Below are positions 10,061 through 22,589 of a DNA stretch of 34,844 nt, piece by piece; within the stretch, counting starts at the first letter, position 1; every line of letters begins with the position of its first letter. Made by a program: the position numbers and the translations under genes. Source of the DNA: Reclinomonas americana ATCC 50394 (Eukaryota). Below the pieces are notes generated by a model, which did not search any database, was not told where the DNA came from, and saw nothing but the letters and a program-made list of their open reading frames with translations. The stretch is from positions 24,433 through 59,276 of the forward strand of contig PS015260.1 in the NCBI GenBank assembly GCA_048213135.1, written 5' to 3'.

Positions 10061-12003
10061 ATGTGTGCTCGTGAATTGGTATTCTCGGCGTGGCAGGAAC
10101 ATCGCCGCCAGTCGCTCCATGAGCCCGAGTTTGGCCCCACTGTGCCACTACTCAACATGGTCACAGATGCTTTGCGCACAGAGGTCGTGGCAAGCTCCGA
10201 CAGCGACAGTGCCGCAGAGATCGTTCGTGTGGTGGCCATTTCAAGCACACACAGCGGAAGACAGGTCTGCGTTGCATCTCCACGAGTTTGTGTGTGCATG
10301 TGTGTTGTGCTCAGTGTTGTCATAGTTGATTGCCATGGCGAGCTGGAACCGCGTGCATGTCTTCGATGCTGTGAGTATGAGTGTGCTGTGCACATTCCCC
10401 ACCAGTGATTCGCGTGCTGCTCCACACGCTATCGGCCTCGCTTTTTCTCCCTCTGATGAGACCATGCTGACGATTGCATTCCCGCTGCCGGACTTGCTGC
10501 AACTTCCCTTCGAGGTCACGGTGTGGGATTTGCATTCTCCAGGCCGTGAGTCGGCGTCTGAGTGGTCAGCGCACAGTCGTTGGCGACAAACGGTTGAAAC
10601 AGACGGAGGGTTGTGTGTGGCAGTGACGCACGACACGAAGTCTGTGTGCTACGCGACCGAGAATACCGTCCGCGTGCTGCATGGTGTGAACGGCGAGTGC
10701 ACGTGTGAGGCTGTTGACGGCGACCAGGTGGTACCCTTCCGAGCCATGATGGTGACCAGCGACGACAGATTCCTGTTGCTTGCCAGAAACGAGGTGCTGG
10801 AGTGGCGCGATTTGTCGCATGCGAAGCTCCAGGTGACTCGTCAGTGCCGTGTGGAGCTCGGTCGCGTCTCATCGTTGGCATTGTCGCGTGATGGCGGCTG
10901 GCTGGCTGTGGGTGTCACCACAGGCCATGTGGAGGTGCGATCAGCAGAGACTGGCGAGCTGAGGTTGAAGGTTGTGGCACGCGGAACCGATGCCAGCACA
11001 GGGTGGATATCGACACTTCCCATTGCATCCTTCTCCGACGATGGGCTGCTGCTGTTCACCGGCAACAGTTGCATAGTGGGACATATTCGTGTTTCCAAGT
11101 GCTTGCTCTGACCTCGTTTCCTCGGTTGCAGGTGGCATGGCGGCAGTGCACAGCGCCATCACAGGTCGCTGTTTGGCTCTCCTTGCTGTGCAGATGGTCG
11201 GACACGGAGGCAAGATTGATGCTTTTGGTGGCGGTTTCATGCACGACAACGGCATGATCACCGCGGATGGCAGTGGCATCTACGTGTGGCACGGTTCGCA
11301 AGAATATGTGAGTCTTTCCTCTGTCTTTCTCTGTCGCTCACCACAAGCACCAGGTCCGACGTGGATGCCACTGTTGCACATGCGCAAGGAACTCGAAGAC
11401 GTGCAGTGCGCCAAGGCGGCACTGCAGGACTTGGAAGCCAATGCCGGTGTCGACTGCGAGTCACTTCCGCTGTTCGTGATGCGGTGTTTCATGGAGGAGG
11501 AGGCACAATCACTGCTGCACGTGTATGGTGACTCGTCGAGTCGGCGCCTGCCTCCACCACGGAGACCTACGGTGGAGGATTTGGGTGTGATTATGGGCGC
11601 TGATTGTTGGCGCGTTGTGGGCGAGCTGCTTTATCCACTGGTGGAGGCTTCTTTTCGTGCCCAGTTTCACGACGACTCGCAATCGTGGGCCCGCAAAATC
11701 ACTGGCATGCTGCTCGAGCTGGAGATGCCTTTGCTAATCGCCTTGCTGGAGACGCCACTCTACCTGCAATCCATGGTGCAGGAGGCGGTGCAAGCCCTTT
11801 GTGGCAGCAAAGATGTTCTTCGTGATCTCCTCTTCCCACTGGTGGAGGCGGCTTGTGCTGCCCGACATGCATACTATGCACGCGCAGTCATGGTCACGGA
11901 GATGATGGTGGAGTTGGGGACGGACCGAATCGTTGAGCTGCTTCAGTCGCCGCCTGCGCTGGATTCCAAGGTGCAGGAGTTGCTGCAGCTCCTCAATGAA
12001 TAG
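10061..12003 (+). CDS. WD40-like repeat protein with two C-terminal MLLE (PABC) domains, paralogue A
   Basis: Introns 10265-10325, 11068-11131 and 11294-11353. WD-like VSSLALSRDGGWLAVGVTTGHVEVRSAETGE. MLLE motif GELLYPLVE...ARKITGMLLE...LLETPLYLQSMVQEAVQAL, followed by a degenerate second copy. Confidence 0.8.
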
Positions 12004-12070
12004 ATTGTTTCAGCTCTTGAAGAACTTCGCAGAGTGATCAGAGGCTGCCTGCATGTCCTGTGTAGCCGAC

Positions 12071-13891
12071 ATGAGTGCCTGGGAGCGCGTGCTCTCTGCG
12101 TGGCAACAGCACCGCCAGCGGTGTTTGCAGGGACCAGTGTGCGACCCTGTTGTGCCCTTGGTCAACGCGGTCACACACGCAACCCGAATCTCGTCTCCGT
12201 CTCCAGAAAACCTCATCCGTGCAGTGGCCATTTCCAGCACGCGCAACGGCAGACAGGTCAGTCAAAGGCGCTCCCTCTCCCACCTTCGCTTGCGTGTTTG
12301 AGCACGATTCCTGAGTGTGACCGCGAGTGCAGCTGATCGCCGTCGCCAACATGGAATGTGTTCGCATTTTCAATGTCGAGAGCTCATCAAGCGTGCGTAC
12401 ACTGTGCTCGTTCCCTTCCACCGGCGGACTCTTCGGCCCTCGCCGCTGCAGCTTGGCATTTGCTCCCACCGATGACACCGTGTTGGTGTGGAGTGACAGG
12501 CAGCTGGATTACAGTCGTGTGTTCATCAATGCGTCGCCTGTCATGGTTCAGGTGTCATTGTGGGATCTGCAGGCGTCGCAGTTGGCAGAGGGTGAGTGGC
12601 AAGCGTGTTGTCGATGGCGGAATGATGACGGTGGCCGGATGCTCGGCATCGTAGGCCTGGAAATGACGCACGACAGGAGGTTTGTGTGCTGTTGCGCCGA
12701 CAACTTGGTTCGCGTTTTCGAAGGGAAGAGTGGCAAGTGTGTGCGAGAGGTGGCCGCTGGCAATATGTTCACACATGCACCTTTCACGGCGATGACGGTG
12801 AGCAGGGACGCTAGATTCATGGTGCTCGCCAGAAACCAGGAACTGGAGTGGCGCGAGNNNNNNNNNNNNNNNNNNNNNNNNNNNNNNNNNNNNNNNNNNN
12901 NNNNNNNNNNNNNNNNNNCTGTCGCATGCACAGCTGGAGAGAGCGCACGAGTGCCACACAGAGCACCAAGTCATTTCACTAGGGTTGTCGCGAGACGGCG
13001 ACTGGTTGGCGGTGGGGACCGCGACTGGGCACGTCGAAGTGCGATCGACGGAGACTGGCGAGCTGCGTCTCTGCATCGAAGGCACGATGTCTGCGAATTG
13101 TGTGGCATCCTTCTCTGATGACGGACTGCTGCTGTTTGTCGGCTACAGTTGCGTCGGGAGGGTTGATACACAAAGGCACGCCTGCTGACATGTTGTCGGT
13201 GATCGCGCAGCGGATTCGGTGCGAGTGTACTGCACCGTGACGTGCCGCTGCTTGGCCATTCTCGATGTGCAGGTGCAGTCTGCAAACGGTATCTGGGGTG
13301 GCTTTGTGTACGGAGACAGCGTGATTACCGTCTCCAGCAGCAGCGGTCTCCATTTGTGGCCAGGTTCGAGTGCGACGGAAGTACAATGTCATTCAATGTG
13401 TTTTTTTTCGCTCACGCTCCACGTGCTCAGGTGGCCCATGGATGCCGCAGTGGCAAATGCGCAGAGAGCTTGAAGAGGTGCGGCGCATCCGAGCTGCGTT
13501 ATGTGACTTGGAGGATGGAGATGGCGACGAGTCGCTACCGTCGTTTGTGTTGCGGTGTTTCATCGAGGAGGAAGCCGAGGCCTTCTTCCATCGCTACGAG
13601 AGCATGTCTGCTGTACATCTGCCACCCGCTAGGTTGCCGACAAGAAACGATGTGGGGACGATTCTCACTCAGTCGCCCACCGAGGAGCGCCGCGCATTTT
13701 TGCACGATCTGCTCTCCCCGTTAGTGGAGGCGGCATGCGGTGGCCATGTTCAGAATGCGCTCGACGTCACGAGCACGCTGGTGAATTTGCAGCCGAATGC
13801 CGTTCTAGAGTTGCTCGAATCGCCGTCGACTCTCCACGACAGAGTACAAGAGGCGCTGCGCACGGCCGCCAATCACAGTGCTCCACACTGA
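12071..13891 (+). CDS. WD40-like repeat protein with one degenerate MLLE domain, paralogue B
   Basis: Colinear with A (MSAWERVLSAWQ vs MCARELVFSAWQ; SRDGDWLAVGTATGHVEVRSTETGEL), with the same three intron positions (about 12257-12332, 13148-13210, 13364-13430). The frame break falls at gap 12858-12918. Confidence 0.78.
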
Positions 13892-13909
13892 CAGCAAGAA
13901 ATGTACTGT

Positions 13910-13913
<4 letters not shown>

Positions 13914-13999
<86 letters not shown>

Positions 14000-14198
14000 A
14001 CGACGTCGTCGNNNNNNNNNNNNNNNNNNNNNNNNNNNNNNNNNNNNNNNNNNNNNNNNNNNNNNNNNNNNNNNNNNNNNNNNNNNNNNNNNNNNNNNNN
14101 NNNNNNNNNNNNNNNNNNNNNNNNNNNNNNNNNNNNNNNNNNNNNNNNNNNNNNNNNNNNNNNNNNNNNNNNNNNNNNNNCGTAACGTACGTTAGTTG

Positions 14199-14281
<83 letters not shown>
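13914..14281. repeat. (GT)n microsatellites flanking an assembly gap
   Basis: Pure GT runs at about 13914-13998 and 14200-14281. Confidence 0.95.
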
Positions 14282-14282
<1 letters not shown>

Positions 14283-14345
14283 ACAGCTGCGGTCCCTCCT
14301 CTCGCCGACAGCAAGCGCAACAACCAGAGCACCCAGTGTGCGCGT

Positions 14346-15599
14346 CTACGTGGCCTTCTTCAACGCGGCCAGCTGCTGCTCGGCGGCCTGGTAGCGCGTC
14401 AAGATGCGCTGCACGAGCACAATCATGCTGTAGGAGGAGCAGGTGAGCACTCACGGTCGGTCGACATAAGTGGAGTACAGAAGAAGAAGAAGAAGAAGAA
14501 GAAGCATGCGCAACGCTTGCACCAGGAATCCACACATGGCGATCCAAAAGTTGCGCTGTGCGCTATTGTGCGGGAAAATGTGAGTTTCCGGAGACAGCAT
14601 AGAGGGGTGGGCGGGTGGACGACAGACCGGAAGTGCTGCGCCAGCATCTCAGAGTGCGCCTGCGGGTTGTCGGTGGTCTTCAGATGCGGGTGCGGGTACT
14701 TGTACGTGTATGCGCTCCACTCGACTGACACACACACGGACACGATGAGCGTCCAAGAATGCGCGACAGCGGGTGGTGCGGCTGCCTCACCGTACACAGC
14801 CACTCCACACAGGGCGACCAGCACGAGAAGAACACGCAGGTTGCGTCCGATAAAGTTCTGNNNNNNNNNNNNNNNNNNNNNNNNNNNNNNNNNNNNNNNN
14901 NNNNNNNNNNNNNNNNNNNNNNNNNNNNNNNNNNNNNNNNNNNNNNNNNNNNNNNNNNNNNNNNNNNNNNNNNNNNNNNNNNNNNNNNNNNNNNNNNNNN
15001 NNNNNNNNNNNNNNNNNNNNNNNNNNNNNNNNNNNNNNNNNNNNNNNNNNNNNNNNNNNNNNNNNNNNNNNNNNNNNNNNNNNNNNNNNNNNNNNNNNNN
15101 NNNNNNNNNNNNNNNNNNNNNNNNNNNNNNNNNNNNNNNNNNNNNNNNNNNNNNNNNNNNNNNNNNNNNNNNNNNNNNNNNNNNNNNNNNNNNNNNNNNN
15201 NNNNNNNNNNNNNNNNNNNNNNNNNNNNNNNNNNNNNNNNNNNNNNNNNNNNNNNNNNNNNNNNNNNNNNNNNNNNNNNNNNNNNNNNNNNNNNNNNNNN
15301 NNNNNNNNNNNNNNNNNNNNNNNNNNNNNNNNNNNNNNNNNNNNNNNNNNNNNNNNNNNNNNNNNNNNNNNNNNNNNNNNNNNNNNNNNNNNNNNNNNNN
15401 NNNNNNNNNNNNNNNNNNNNNNNNNNNNNNNNNNNNNNNNNNNNNNNNNNNNNNNNNNNNNNNNNNNNNNNNNNNNNNNNNNNNNNNNNNNNNNNNNNNN
15501 NNNNNNNNNNNNNNNNNNNNNNNNNNNNNNNNNNNNNNNNNNNNNNNNNNNNNNNNNNNNNNNNNNNNNNNNNNNNNNNNNNNNNNNNNNNNNNNNNNN

Positions 15600-15651
<52 letters not shown>

Positions 15652-15784
15652 TGAGTGAGAGAGAGAGTGAAGATACCATGCACTCTTCAGTAATTCTCTT
15701 CTTCCTCACTCATGCATACGTTCTTCTTTTGAAAATGGGTGTGAGAGACAGAGAGAGAGAAAGAGAGATGTTCCCTTGCACTGT

Positions 15785-15833
<49 letters not shown>

Positions 15834-16106
15834 CTCTGTGTTGGATGAGTGGGAATGAGGTTCCCTTGTATGCATTCTCTCTTCACTCACTCATGCATAC
15901 ACTCTCACACACATCTCTCTCTCTCTCTCTCTGCCTGTGTGCACATGCTTGAGGATGCACATTCATACCTCGACAAACACGAGGGCATTGAGAAGCCACC
16001 ACGGCTGCGCAAACAACAAGTGAGCAAGAGCAAGGAATCACACAATGCACACGTGTCACACTCTCTCTCTCACACACACCGAGAGATGTCTGATCACAGA
16101 AAGCAT
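14346..16106 (-). CDS. BAP29/BAP31 (Yet-like) ER membrane protein
   Basis: Spliced product MLSVIRHLS|PWWLLNALVFVE|(gap)...LAQHFR|AQRNFWIAMCGFLVQA|MIVLVQRILTRY...LKKAT*. Has the FRAQRN family motif and a C-terminal KKxx ER-retrieval signal. Confidence 0.82.
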
Positions 16107-16209
16107 TATGCGCGCTGGACGAGTGAACCACTGACAGGAAAGACGACGAGCTCTGCTCACAAGAGAGAATGCAACGAAATTGATAGTCCTCTTCCGTCTT
16201 CACTCTGCC

Positions 16210-17293
16210 TCAGACGTTCTTTGCACCGGCCTCGCCTGGTCGTCCGACCCACACACACTTGCCCTCGGGGGTCAACCGATACGCGACATCCATGACCAAA
16301 CACTGCGGAATGACCGTATGCCGATAGTAATTGACGCACTGATAGCCGACACTGCGAGCTGACAGACGTGAGCAGCAAGCAAGCAAGGCGAATGAGAGAG
16401 AGAGAGAAAGGCGTGCACGGAGACGGGACCGTCCAGGTATGTGCGACGAGAAAAGACCCCACAGATCGCCACACCCGTACTGGTGCACGAGACGATCGAA
16501 CAGCTCGCGTTCTTCCGCTGACCAGTCGCCCATGCGCGGAGGATCGCCAGGCGCGTTGTGCCGGTAAAAGTACTGCATCTCGCGTCGTGAATGCCTCACA
16601 CTCCACCAGCGCATCAGCAGCAGCAGTCACACACCGTATTCGGATTCGCGCGCAGCTGTCGCGCCGAGTACTCCTTTGCCGAGAGGCCTCCCGATCGCCG
16701 CCCGCCTGCACCGCCGCCTTTAACCGACGGCGCACGCCTTCCCGCGCCCTCAAACTGCGCACGCCACGCCTCCTCGGTCGCGGCAATCCCATGCGCCGCG
16801 CACACCTCCGCATTCACCCACCCGCGATAGTGCCCATCGGTGACATACCCCACCGGCAAGCCGTGAATCCGCGCGTACTCCTCCTGCGTCAGCAGCTGCT
16901 CCCATTCCTTCTCTGCTCGCCGCGGCACAACAATCGCCTCTTGCTCGTCGTCGACATCGTCGGGTAATGGACCGACGTCCTCCGCAGCCTGCCCACGCAC
17001 GCGACGACTGGTGCGCGTCGGCAACGCAGCCGCTCGACGGACCGCCATCGCCGATGCCTTTTTCACGCGTCCACTTGCCACCCCCGACTCGCTCACCTTG
17101 CGACTGGTGGACGCGCATTGAGCGAGAGACATTTTGCGCGCGCACACGATCGCGCGAGCTACCTCTTTGTGACGGGGGCGATCGGTGACAGCAACGCGGC
17201 GGCATCGCCTGTGCTCGACTGCAACGTGAGCTCCTCAAGCTTCTCACGGTTGCGCTTGATACGCAGTCGACGCTGTTCCTCGTACGAGGCCAT
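16210..17293 (-). CDS. Myb/SANT-like domain protein
   Basis: Starts MASYEEQRRLRIKRNREKLEEL. After three introns it reads NPNTYFYRHNAPG...GDWSAEERELF...WGLFSSHIPGRVGYQCVNYYR, a Myb-like W-spaced repeat. Confidence 0.8.
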
Positions 17294-17438
17294 TCAAAAG
17301 AGTGAGTCACTGTGGAGCCGCGCATGATTTGTCACCCATATCACTCGCTCATCGTGTACACGCGCGCGCGTTGATTGCCTGCTCACGTGTGCATCCTTTG
17401 TGCGTGTGGCCTGCTCTCTGTGTGCGTGTGTGTAAGCT
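17294..17438. promoter_or_regulatory. Probable bidirectional promoter between Myb-like and copine-like genes
   Basis: Head-to-head start codons 145 nt apart; positional inference only. Confidence 0.45.
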
Positions 17439-20400
17439 ATGGGGTGCCGCTCATCGACACCAGTCGCGGAGAGTGCGACATTTCCGCCTGTGACCTCGCC
17501 TTCGCCTTCCCCGCCTGTTGCCTCCGCTGTGCCCCGTCGACTGAGCAGATCGCGGATCAGCGCGTGTGCATCATTCGGCGACGTGGCGGCGCTCATTGCA
17601 CGCGAGAGTGGAGCTGATTGCATCGGTCTTTTTCTTTGTCACACACACACATCATGCACTTCACTGCACACGCGCGCGTGCTCATACACATGTGTTAGGC
17701 TTGATCTTCTGCTTCGACTTCTCCTCGTCTCTGTCGCTCTCCAACCGATACCGCGACCAGCGACATCATCGCCACCAGCGCTCACTCTCCTCGGGCGCAC
17801 TCACTGCCGATGACTCAAGTGCGAGCAGTGCGCCACCACCCGCCAGTGACGTCAGTGAGAAACGGTTATCGGGGAGTCGGTTGCAGCAGGAGCAGTGCTC
17901 GGAGGTGGTGCGCATGATTGGGAATGTGTTGCAGTCGTTAAGTAGATTTTTGCCTCTCTTGCAATGGCGGCGTGTTCGGTGATCCTCATTGCATTATGTC
18001 ATGTAGGTTTGATCCGGATAATCTCGTGCCGGCGTATGGCTTTGGCGATTCGCGTACAAGAGTTGAGAGGCGCAGTCCACACAAATGTCGTCTCTTGTCG
18101 TGCTTGCCTCTCGTTATCCACCGATATTGTCTCTGTCTCACTCTCGTGTGGCCTCTCTCTCTCTCTCATCCACCCTCTCCTGCTCCTCCTCGTTCTCCTC
18201 TCTCTCTCCCTCTATTTGTCTCGTCTGCACTCTCTCTCTCTCTCGGTTACACTCGCCGATCTCTGTCCTTCTCTCCCTCTCTCTTTTTCGCTGTCTCTCG
18301 TCTTTCCTCGCCTGCTCCGCTTTCTCCTCCTTCTCTCTCTCCCTCCCGATCTCTCTCGTCTGCACCCATCGATCTGTCTCTGTCGTCCACAGTCGCCAAT
18401 CTCTCTTCCTCTTTCTTCCTCTCGATATCTCATCTGCACTCATCTATCTTCAGTCTCTGTCGTCCACACTTGCCATTCTTTCTCCTTCTTTCTCTCTCTG
18501 TGTCTTCCCTTGCCTCTCTCTCTCTCTCTCTCTCTCTCTCTNNNNNNNNNNNNNNNNNNNNNNNNNNNNNNNNNNNNNNNNNNNNNNNNNNNNNNNNNNN
18601 NNNNNNNNNNNNNNNNNNNNNNNNNNNNNNNNNNNNNNNNNNNNNNNNNNNNNNNNNNNNNNNNNNNNNNNNNNNNNNNNNNNNNNNNNNNNNNNNNNNN
18701 NNNNNNNNNNNNNNNNNNNNNNNNNNNNNNNNNNNNNNNNNNNNNNNNNNNNNNNNNNNNNNNNNNNNNNNNNNNNNNNNNNNNNNNNNNNNNNNNNNNN
18801 NNNNNNNNNNNNNNNNNNNNNNNNNNNNNNNNNNNNNNNNNNNNNNNNNNNNNNNNNNNNNNNNNNNNNNNNNNNNNNNNNNNNNNNNNNNNNNNNNNNN
18901 NNNNNNNNNNNNNNNNNNNNNNNNNNNNNNNNNNNNNNNNNNNNNNNNNNNNNNNNNNNNNNNNNNNNNNNNNNNNNNNNNNNNNNNNNNNNNNNNNNNN
19001 NNNNNNNNNNNNNNNNNNNNNNNNNNNNNNNNNNNNNNNNNNNNNNNNNNNNNNNNNNNNNNNNNNNNNNNNNNNNNNNNNNNNNNNNNNNNNNNNNNNN
19101 NNNNNNNNNNNNNNNNNNNNNNNNNNNNNNNNNNNNNNNNNNNNNNNNNNNNNNNNNNNNNNNNNNNNNNNNNNNNNNNNNNNNNNNNNNNNNNNNNNNN
19201 NNNNNNNNNNNNNNNNNNNNNNNNNNNNNNNNNNNNNNNNNNNNNNNNNNNNNNNNNNNNNNNNNNNNNNNNNNNNNNNNGAGGAGGAGGAGGAGAGGAG
19301 GAGGAGGAGGAGGAGGAGGAGAGGGGAAGGAGGGGGAAGGAGGGGGAAAGAGGGCACGAGGGAGAAGAAGGGAAGACAAGGGAAAGGGAGAGGGGAGAGA
19401 ACAATACATACCTCACGCTCCGTTTCGTTGTTGCATTCGCGCACGACACTCGAGTAAGATACAAAGTGGAAATTGTCAAACTTGCGTTCTGGCAGGCGGT
19501 CAATGAAGAGCTGTGATGAAGGGAGTGAGCGAGAGGCAGTGAAACAGGTGGGGAAGAGGAAAATAGGCACCTCCAGGTCCTCCCACGGCCCTTCGCCGAC
19601 GCCGACACAGACAATGGACAGACTGTGCGCAGAGGAGGAGTGTAAGGTGAGCGCACGCACGCCAAAGAACAGCATCGGAAAAATACACACGCAACGGATA
19701 GTACGACGCCTCCACAATGGCATCGAGAGTCGCCTGCTCATTCTCCACGTGACCTGACGAAAAACAAGAGGCATCGTCACGCAAAGAAACGCGGAAAAAT
19801 AGAAGCACAGATTATGCGAACCGGTGGTGATGATCACCAGCACGTGATAGTGTTCGCGCATCTTGACCAACTCCATCGCCTTGTAAATCGGCAACGTAAA
19901 CGACCGATGCCCGCCCGGTCGCACACGTGTAATCGCCTGATCCAGCAGCGCCAACACATCGCCAACTCCCTCACACGGTGCATCCTTGTCGTTCAGTGAA
20001 AACAGCGCCGTATCCTGCATCGAGAGCAAGCGGTGAGAGAAGAGAGGGCAGAGAGAGAGAGAGAGAGAGAAAGAGAGGGAGGGAGAGGGAGAGAGAGAGA
20101 ATGAGACTGAGAGCGACGAGAGAAAGGCAGAGAAGTAGCAGCAGGAGAGAGACAGATCGGAGAGAGAGAGAGAGAGGAGGAGGAAGTGAAGAAAGAAGAA
20201 AAAGAGAGGAGGAGAGAGAGANNNNNNNNNNNNNNNNNNNNNNNNNNNNNNNNNNNNNNNNNNNNNNNNNNNNNNNNNNNNNNNNNNNNNNNNNNNNNNN
20301 NNNNNNNNNNNNNNNNNNNNNNNNNNNNNNNNNNNNNNNNNNNNNNNNNNNNNNNNNNNNNNNNNNNNNNNNNNNNNNNNNNNNNNNNNNNNNNNNNNNN

Positions 20401-22589
20401 NNNNNNNNNNNNNNNNNNNNNNNNNNNNNNNNNNNNNNNNNNNNNNNNNNNNNNNNNNNNNNNNNNNNNNNNNNNNNNNNNNNNNNNNNNNNNNNNNNNN
20501 NNNNNNNNNNNNNNNNNNNNNNNNNNNNNNNNNNNNNNNNNNNNNNNNNNNNNNNNNNNNNNNNNNNNNNNNNNNNNNNNNNNNNNNNNNNNNNNNNNNN
20601 NNNNNNNNNNNNNNNNNNNNNNNNNNNNNNNNNNNNNNNNNNNNNNNNNNNNNNNNNNNNNNNNNNNNNNNNNNNNNNNNNNNNNNNNNNNNNNNNNNNN
20701 NNNNNNNNNNNNNNNNNNNNNNNNNNNNNNNNNNNNNNNNNNNNNNNNNNNNNNNNNNNNNNNNNNNNNNNNNNNNNNNNNNNNNNNNNNNNNNNNNNNN
20801 NNNNNNNNNNNNNNNNNNNNNNNNNNNNNNNNNNTCTTCCCCCTCCTTCTCCCTCATCCACCCGTCTCCCCATGTCCCCCTCTCATTCCTTCTTTGTGCA
20901 AACAGGTCGCTGTTCCGATGCACATTCTCGCCGAAGTGCCACCGCAATACGGAACCGTCTCTGCGCTGGGCTACCAGACGCGACGACGCTTTGTACATCC
21001 ACTCCCCGTGCGCGTGCTGCCACCACCCGGCACCAGTGGCATTGATGAGCTGTTTCGTTGCCCGTCCTTCCCCTTGGTATGAGAGTCGATCGCTCATCTT
21101 GCTTCATCTTCATTGCCGCAGCACCGAATCCGAACTGCGTGACGAAAACGTGCGCCTTCGTCAGAAACTGGCTGACGCGCAAGCGGCGCTGGTGCTGCTG
21201 GAGGCGCAGGTGGAGGTGCATGCGGCTGCGGCGGTAAAGGCCGAGGCCACCGCCGAGGCGCGTGCCATGGCGGCTGCCGAAATGGCGGCGGCGGCGGCGA
21301 CGGCTTTGGCGCGCGAGGAACACGAGCAAGAGAAGCGGCACTCGCGTGAGTTTACCGGCGACGCGATCCAGCTCGACGACATGGTGGTGGAGGTGCAGGG
21401 GCAGGAGGAGTACGAATTGGAGACGGCGGAGGTGCCATCGCGCGAACTGGCGACAGGGGAGAAGCGCTCAAGCCTCCCGCAGACGTCAAGTGTCGCCTCC
21501 GATGGTGGTGGTAGTGCTCCTCGTCGGCTGTCGCGAGAACCGTCGAGTGAGATTGACATTCCCGACGTGCCGCCAGCGCCACCTTCGCGCGAGACGCACT
21601 TGTCGCCACCGTCTGCCTCCCTGGCTCTGGACGGCACTGGTCGGCGTCGTGTGTCATCGCCGCTGCCGCCACTCGACGATCATGCCACGGTGAATTTCTT
21701 GGTCGACGAGAGTGCTCCGCCAATGGCTGAGCCACCGGTGGCGGCCGTCGTCAAGCACCACTCTGGCGCAGTGGAGCGTGAATCGAACAGCCCCGAACCA
21801 CCGCAGCTGCCGCCGGCACCCAACGATCGGCCGCTGTTGCGCCCGCTGGAGTTGGCGATTGATGTGAATGGACGTGCCAGTGGCACGTCGTGGGTCGACG
21901 ATGTGGACGAGGAGGACGGCGTCATTGGCGCCATGGCCTCGTCACCGGCGCACCCGCCAATCCCACGTCTGCCGCTGGAGCAGCTGTCGCCGGCGTCGGC
22001 CATGCAGAGACGGAAAAAGTCGACCGACTCGAACGCAGCGGCGGCGGCATCGACCGCCATTGCCGCGCTAAAGGAGGAGCAGAGACGTAAGGTGGAGGAG
22101 GACGCGGCGCGGCGCAAGGCCGAGGCTGCACTACCGGCGCTGACACCAACACCCGGTGGCGACTTTGTGTCGCCGACCGCCAAGTCGGGTGTGGTGCGAA
22201 AGAAGGTCGTGCGCAAGGTGGTTCGACGATCGTCGGCCACCTCCACCGCCTCCGCCTCCGATCCAGCCACCTCGCCGATCGTGGCGGGCACTCCTGCCTC
22301 GCGCGCCAGCTCCGACAATATGCAGTCGCCGGCGTCGAGTGGGAGCACTCCGCTGCGGTACACGTCGCCGAATCGCGCCGCCGCCGCCAACGGCAACGGC
22401 AACGGTACCAGCAGCAATGGCACCAATGGTGCTGCGCTGTCACCTGTGCGAATCCAAGCGTCGCCCATCCGGCTGCAGCCGCCAGTGAAGCCACCGAGTC
22501 CGGCTGCAGCGGCGGCCGCGGCGGCTGTCGCTACAGTTGCGGCGGGTCGCAGACACTCGCGCAGCGATAGCGGAGGTCGTCCCGTGTGA
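17439..22589 (+). CDS. N-myristoylated RGLG/copine-type vWA protein with coiled coil and low-complexity tail; middle exons lie inverted at 19412-20014
   Basis: MGCRSS N-terminus; GLIFCFDFSSS; SFDPDNLVPAYGFGDSRTR (about 18007-18061); MHILAEVPPQY (about 20907 onward); joins ORF 20991-22589 via intron 21052-21121. Confidence 0.78.
19412..20014 (-). CDS. Middle exons of the copine-type vWA gene, on a gap-bounded inverted block
   Basis: DTALFSL...YHVLVIITTG|...TLDAIVEASYYP|LSIVCVGVGEGPW|...RKFDNFHFV fills exactly the missing part between the + strand exons. Confidence 0.85.

Noticed and set aside
12858-12990. Paralogue B as a frameshifted pseudogene
   Set aside because: The shift lies at an assembly gap and the rest of the gene is intact.
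14196-21097. Long ORFs in the ORF track spanning gaps and microsatellites
   Set aside because: Artefacts of N runs and (CT)/(GT) repeats.
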